Part shown: in pieces, positions 61,782 through 64,000 of the stretch | Position numbering within the stretch: the stretch's first letter is position 1 | Layout of the letters: each line of letters opens with the position of its first letter | IMG/VR virus record: IMGVR_UViG_3300005264_000010 | Coordinates: 9,785 to 73,784 of that record | Reading direction: 5' to 3' (one strand) | DNA from: a virus | DNA length: 64,000 nt | Made by a program: the position numbers and the translations under genes | The notes under the pieces: generated by a model | The model's input: only the letters and a program-made list of their open reading frames with translations | What the model was told of the DNA's origin: nothing | The model's database searches: none

Positions 61782-63473
61782 GTAATATTTTGACATATCT
61801 ATTTTTTCTTCAAAAACATCTATCTTTTTTTTCTTATATGTTTCTAATCTGTCATAATATTGAGATACTGAGAAATTAACTTTAAGCCCTGAATATTCAA
61901 CTACACAATTATCAACTAAATCTATAACTCTACTATTAGTATTTTTACCATCATGAAGTCTAGCTATTCTACCTATTGATTGTATTAGAGTAGCAAATGA
62001 TTTAAAAGTTGAAATCAATATAACATTTTTAAGACTTGGTATGTTGATTCCCCTTGAGAGTGTGTTTCGACTGCCGAAAACTACCCATTCTTCTTTACTA
62101 TCTCTTAATTCATCAATAATTTTAGTTCTATTTTTTACATCACCATCTATATAGTAAAATTTCTTTTTTAACTTTTTATTATTTTTAAAATATTCTCTGT
62201 AATAATGACCTTCTTTTTCTTTCAAATTGAATAGAACAAGAGTATTGCCATCTGTATTATTAAGTAATTCTATTAAATATCTTTTCTTACTATCTAATTT
62301 AGCTATTTCTTCTTGCTGAGTAACATAATCTTTTCTTGCTTCTTCATAAAATTTAATTCTTTCACTTGTTGGATAATCTAAAATTTTACTATATACTTTA
62401 AAATCTGATATATGACCATCTTTTTGTAAACTTTTATAGTCATTATATACTTTAACATCTCCAAAATTACTTGCTATTTGATACCAATTAGCAAATTTCT
62501 TTTCCATCATGGTTCCTGTCATACCAAGTCTATAATTAGCATTCTTACATAAATCAAATAAACCTTTTATGAGATCACTAGAAAGAGTATCTACTTCATC
62601 TCCAATAATAACATCTATTGTAGCAAAGTCTTGTTTTATTTTATTTTCAAATATATCTATTTCTGCATTTAGATTTTCATAGTTAGTAAAATGTTTTTTA
62701 TATCTACTAAATAAATTTTTAATTTTTTGTATTTCATTTTTCTTAATCAGATTACCAGACTGCTTACTTATTGCTTTAGCTTTATTAGTATCTTTAATAT
62801 TAGATTTAATTGTTTTTCTATAAAATTGTATTCTCTTAGCATTCAATGATTGCCAAGTAGTAATTATTAGAGGCTTATTAAAATCTTTATCTGTAAATTT
62901 ATCACCTATTAGTTGAGTATATTTATCTATATTTTTCCAATTATATTTTTCAAAATCTCCTCTCATTTGATGAATTAAATCTATTGACGGAACAATTAAC
63001 ATTACTCTTTTCTTTTTCATTAGCATAAATCTAACTAGCTGATACGCACTGAAACTTTTACCTGATGAAGTCTCTGATTGGGCAGAGACCATTTTATCAT
63101 TTATTACATCAAAAGCCATTTTATATTGATATTCTCTTGGTTTGAATGGTAAATTTAATTTATCAACCCAACCTTTGAATTTAATATAATTCAAATTATT
63201 CTTAGTTTTAAAGTTGATTTCATAAGTAATACCTTTTTTATTACAGACTTTCATAAGCTCTTGCAACAAACCAATTGGTAATTCATTATCTTTAAAGAAA
63301 GGTATTTTGCCGTCCCATCTTTTTTCACGTACAGCTGGAGCAAATTGTATTCCGTCTTTAGCTAATATACGAAAAGAACTCTCTAAATTAGAAATTGTAG
63401 CAATATCTCCTATTACTTCTAATAATTGAGAGTTCTTTTCATTCTTAGATATTTCTATATGTTTCTTTTTCAT
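61773..63473 (-). CDS. uvsW: UvsW-like SF2 helicase
   Basis: WDGKI, PREYQ, TSSGKS, TTWQS, GDEVD, GMTGT, GINIP.L, QSIGR..R. Confidence 0.92.
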   Translation of the reverse strand: MKKKHIEISKNEKNSQLLEVIGDIATISNLESSFRILAKDGIQFAPAVREKRWDGKIPFFKDNELPIGLLQELMKVCNKKGITYEINFKTKNNLNYIKFKGWVDKLNLPFKPREYQYKMAFDVINDKMVSAQSETSSGKSFSAYQLVRFMLMKKKRVMLIVPSIDLIHQMRGDFEKYNWKNIDKYTQLIGDKFTDKDFNKPLIITTWQSLNAKRIQFYRKTIKSNIKDTNKAKAISKQSGNLIKKNEIQKIKNLFSRYKKHFTNYENLNAEIDIFENKIKQDFATIDVIIGDEVDTLSSDLIKGLFDLCKNANYRLGMTGTMMEKKFANWYQIASNFGDVKVYNDYKSLQKDGHISDFKVYSKILDYPTSERIKFYEEARKDYVTQQEEIAKLDSKKRYLIELLNNTDGNTLVLFNLKEKEGHYYREYFKNNKKLKKKFYYIDGDVKNRTKIIDELRDSKEEWVVFGSRNTLSRGINIPSLKNVILISTFKSFATLIQSIGRIARLHDGKNTNSRVIDLVDNCVVEYSGLKVNFSVSQYYDRLETYKKKKIDVFEEKIDMSKYYLT

Positions 63474-63562
63474 TTTAACCTATCATACACATTAAATAAA
63501 CAACTTTCTCTCTAATTATAAGTATTTATATATAACTAAAAAGAAAGTTGAATTAAACTATG
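63474..63562. repeat. dispersed palindromic element, copy 4, containing a minus-strand late promoter (63523-63530)
   Basis: caactttc 63501 / gaaagttg 63543; gaaagttgaattaaacta arm. Confidence 0.65.
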
Positions 63563-63568
63563 TTTCTG

Positions 63569-64000
63569 TTAGTCTCTAATTTTAGTTATTTTCCACCCAA
63601 CACAATTCTGTCTTTTAATTGAATTGTGTCTACAACCTTTTTTATACTTTGATTCCGTAATGACACATTTATCAATATTTCTTCTCATAGTATTTTCTGA
63701 TAAATTATATATTGAGCAGAAATTCAATAAACCAGTGTCACATATATATTCTTTATTTTCATTATCAGTTAATTTATATTTATCACTTGCGAGTTTTTGA
63801 TGTAATTTAGATAAAAGTAATGAATTTTTAGGTTTCTTTTTAGTTTCAATTTTAATACAAAGCTTACCTGCAAAGTCATCACATTTTATTTCCCATCCTA
63901 CACAGTTTTGCCTTAATACATTATTTCTATTTTCCGATTTCTTATAAATAATATTAACATATCTTCTCATTGTGGAGTATTGCAAATGATGTTCTACACA
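63569..64000 (-). CDS. C-terminal part of a probable homing endonuclease (repeated DNA-binding modules), 5' end outside window
   Basis: repeat TMRR...RQNCVGW.I. Confidence 0.55.
   Translation of the reverse strand, partial: CVEHHLQYSTMRRYVNIIYKKSENRNNVLRQNCVGWEIKCDDFAGKLCIKIETKKKPKNSLLLSKLHQKLASDKYKLTDNENKEYICDTGLLNFCSIYNLSENTMRRNIDKCVITESKYKKGCRHNSIKRQNCVGWKITKIRD

Noticed and set aside
62620-62840. Intein in UvsW
   Set aside because: No Cys/Ser start or His-Asn end motifs
1-64000. CRISPR array, tRNA or rRNA genes
   Set aside because: No regularly spaced repeats or cloverleaf / T-loop signatures seen by eye; a covariance scan would be needed to fully exclude tRNAs
1-64000. Stop-codon reassignment
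   Set aside because: Core genes are full length in the standard code and TAA, TAG and TGA all end genes

Overview
64 kb of a very AT-rich (about one quarter G+C by eye) large T4-like myophage genome, standard genetic code. Replication and recombination genes include primase gp61, helicase gp41, Dda, UvsW, RNase H, a fused gp47-gp46 and an NAD-dependent ligase. Nucleotide and NAD genes include ThyX-like, Gmk, and PRPS-like + NAMPT-like genes in a NARP1-type arrangement. There is an RNA-repair set (Rnl1, Rnl2, HD-kinase, frameshifted Thg1), three DNA methyltransferase loci, three free-standing endonucleases and many small early ORFs. Virion genes (gp13, gp15, gp25, gp26, gp54-like, gp68-like, tape-measure-like, fibre-like) are scattered as small + strand islands behind TATAAATA late promoters. 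At least 14 TTGACA-N17-TATATT early promoters drive the other blocks, which switch strand near 25 kb. Most notable: (1) an endonuclease cassette inserted in the RNA ligase 5' end that supplies a recoded replacement N-terminus and carries a three-way-junction element with an anti-RBS loop, also seen at a second endonuclease; (2) dispersed small proteins with a T4 internal-protein-like capsid-targeting leader fused to TA-like payloads; (3) a dispersed palindromic intergenic element in four copies; (4) a small early protein with a capsid Gol-region-like motif; (5) a likely -1 frameshift after gp26. All family assignments are from motif recognition by eye, not database searches.
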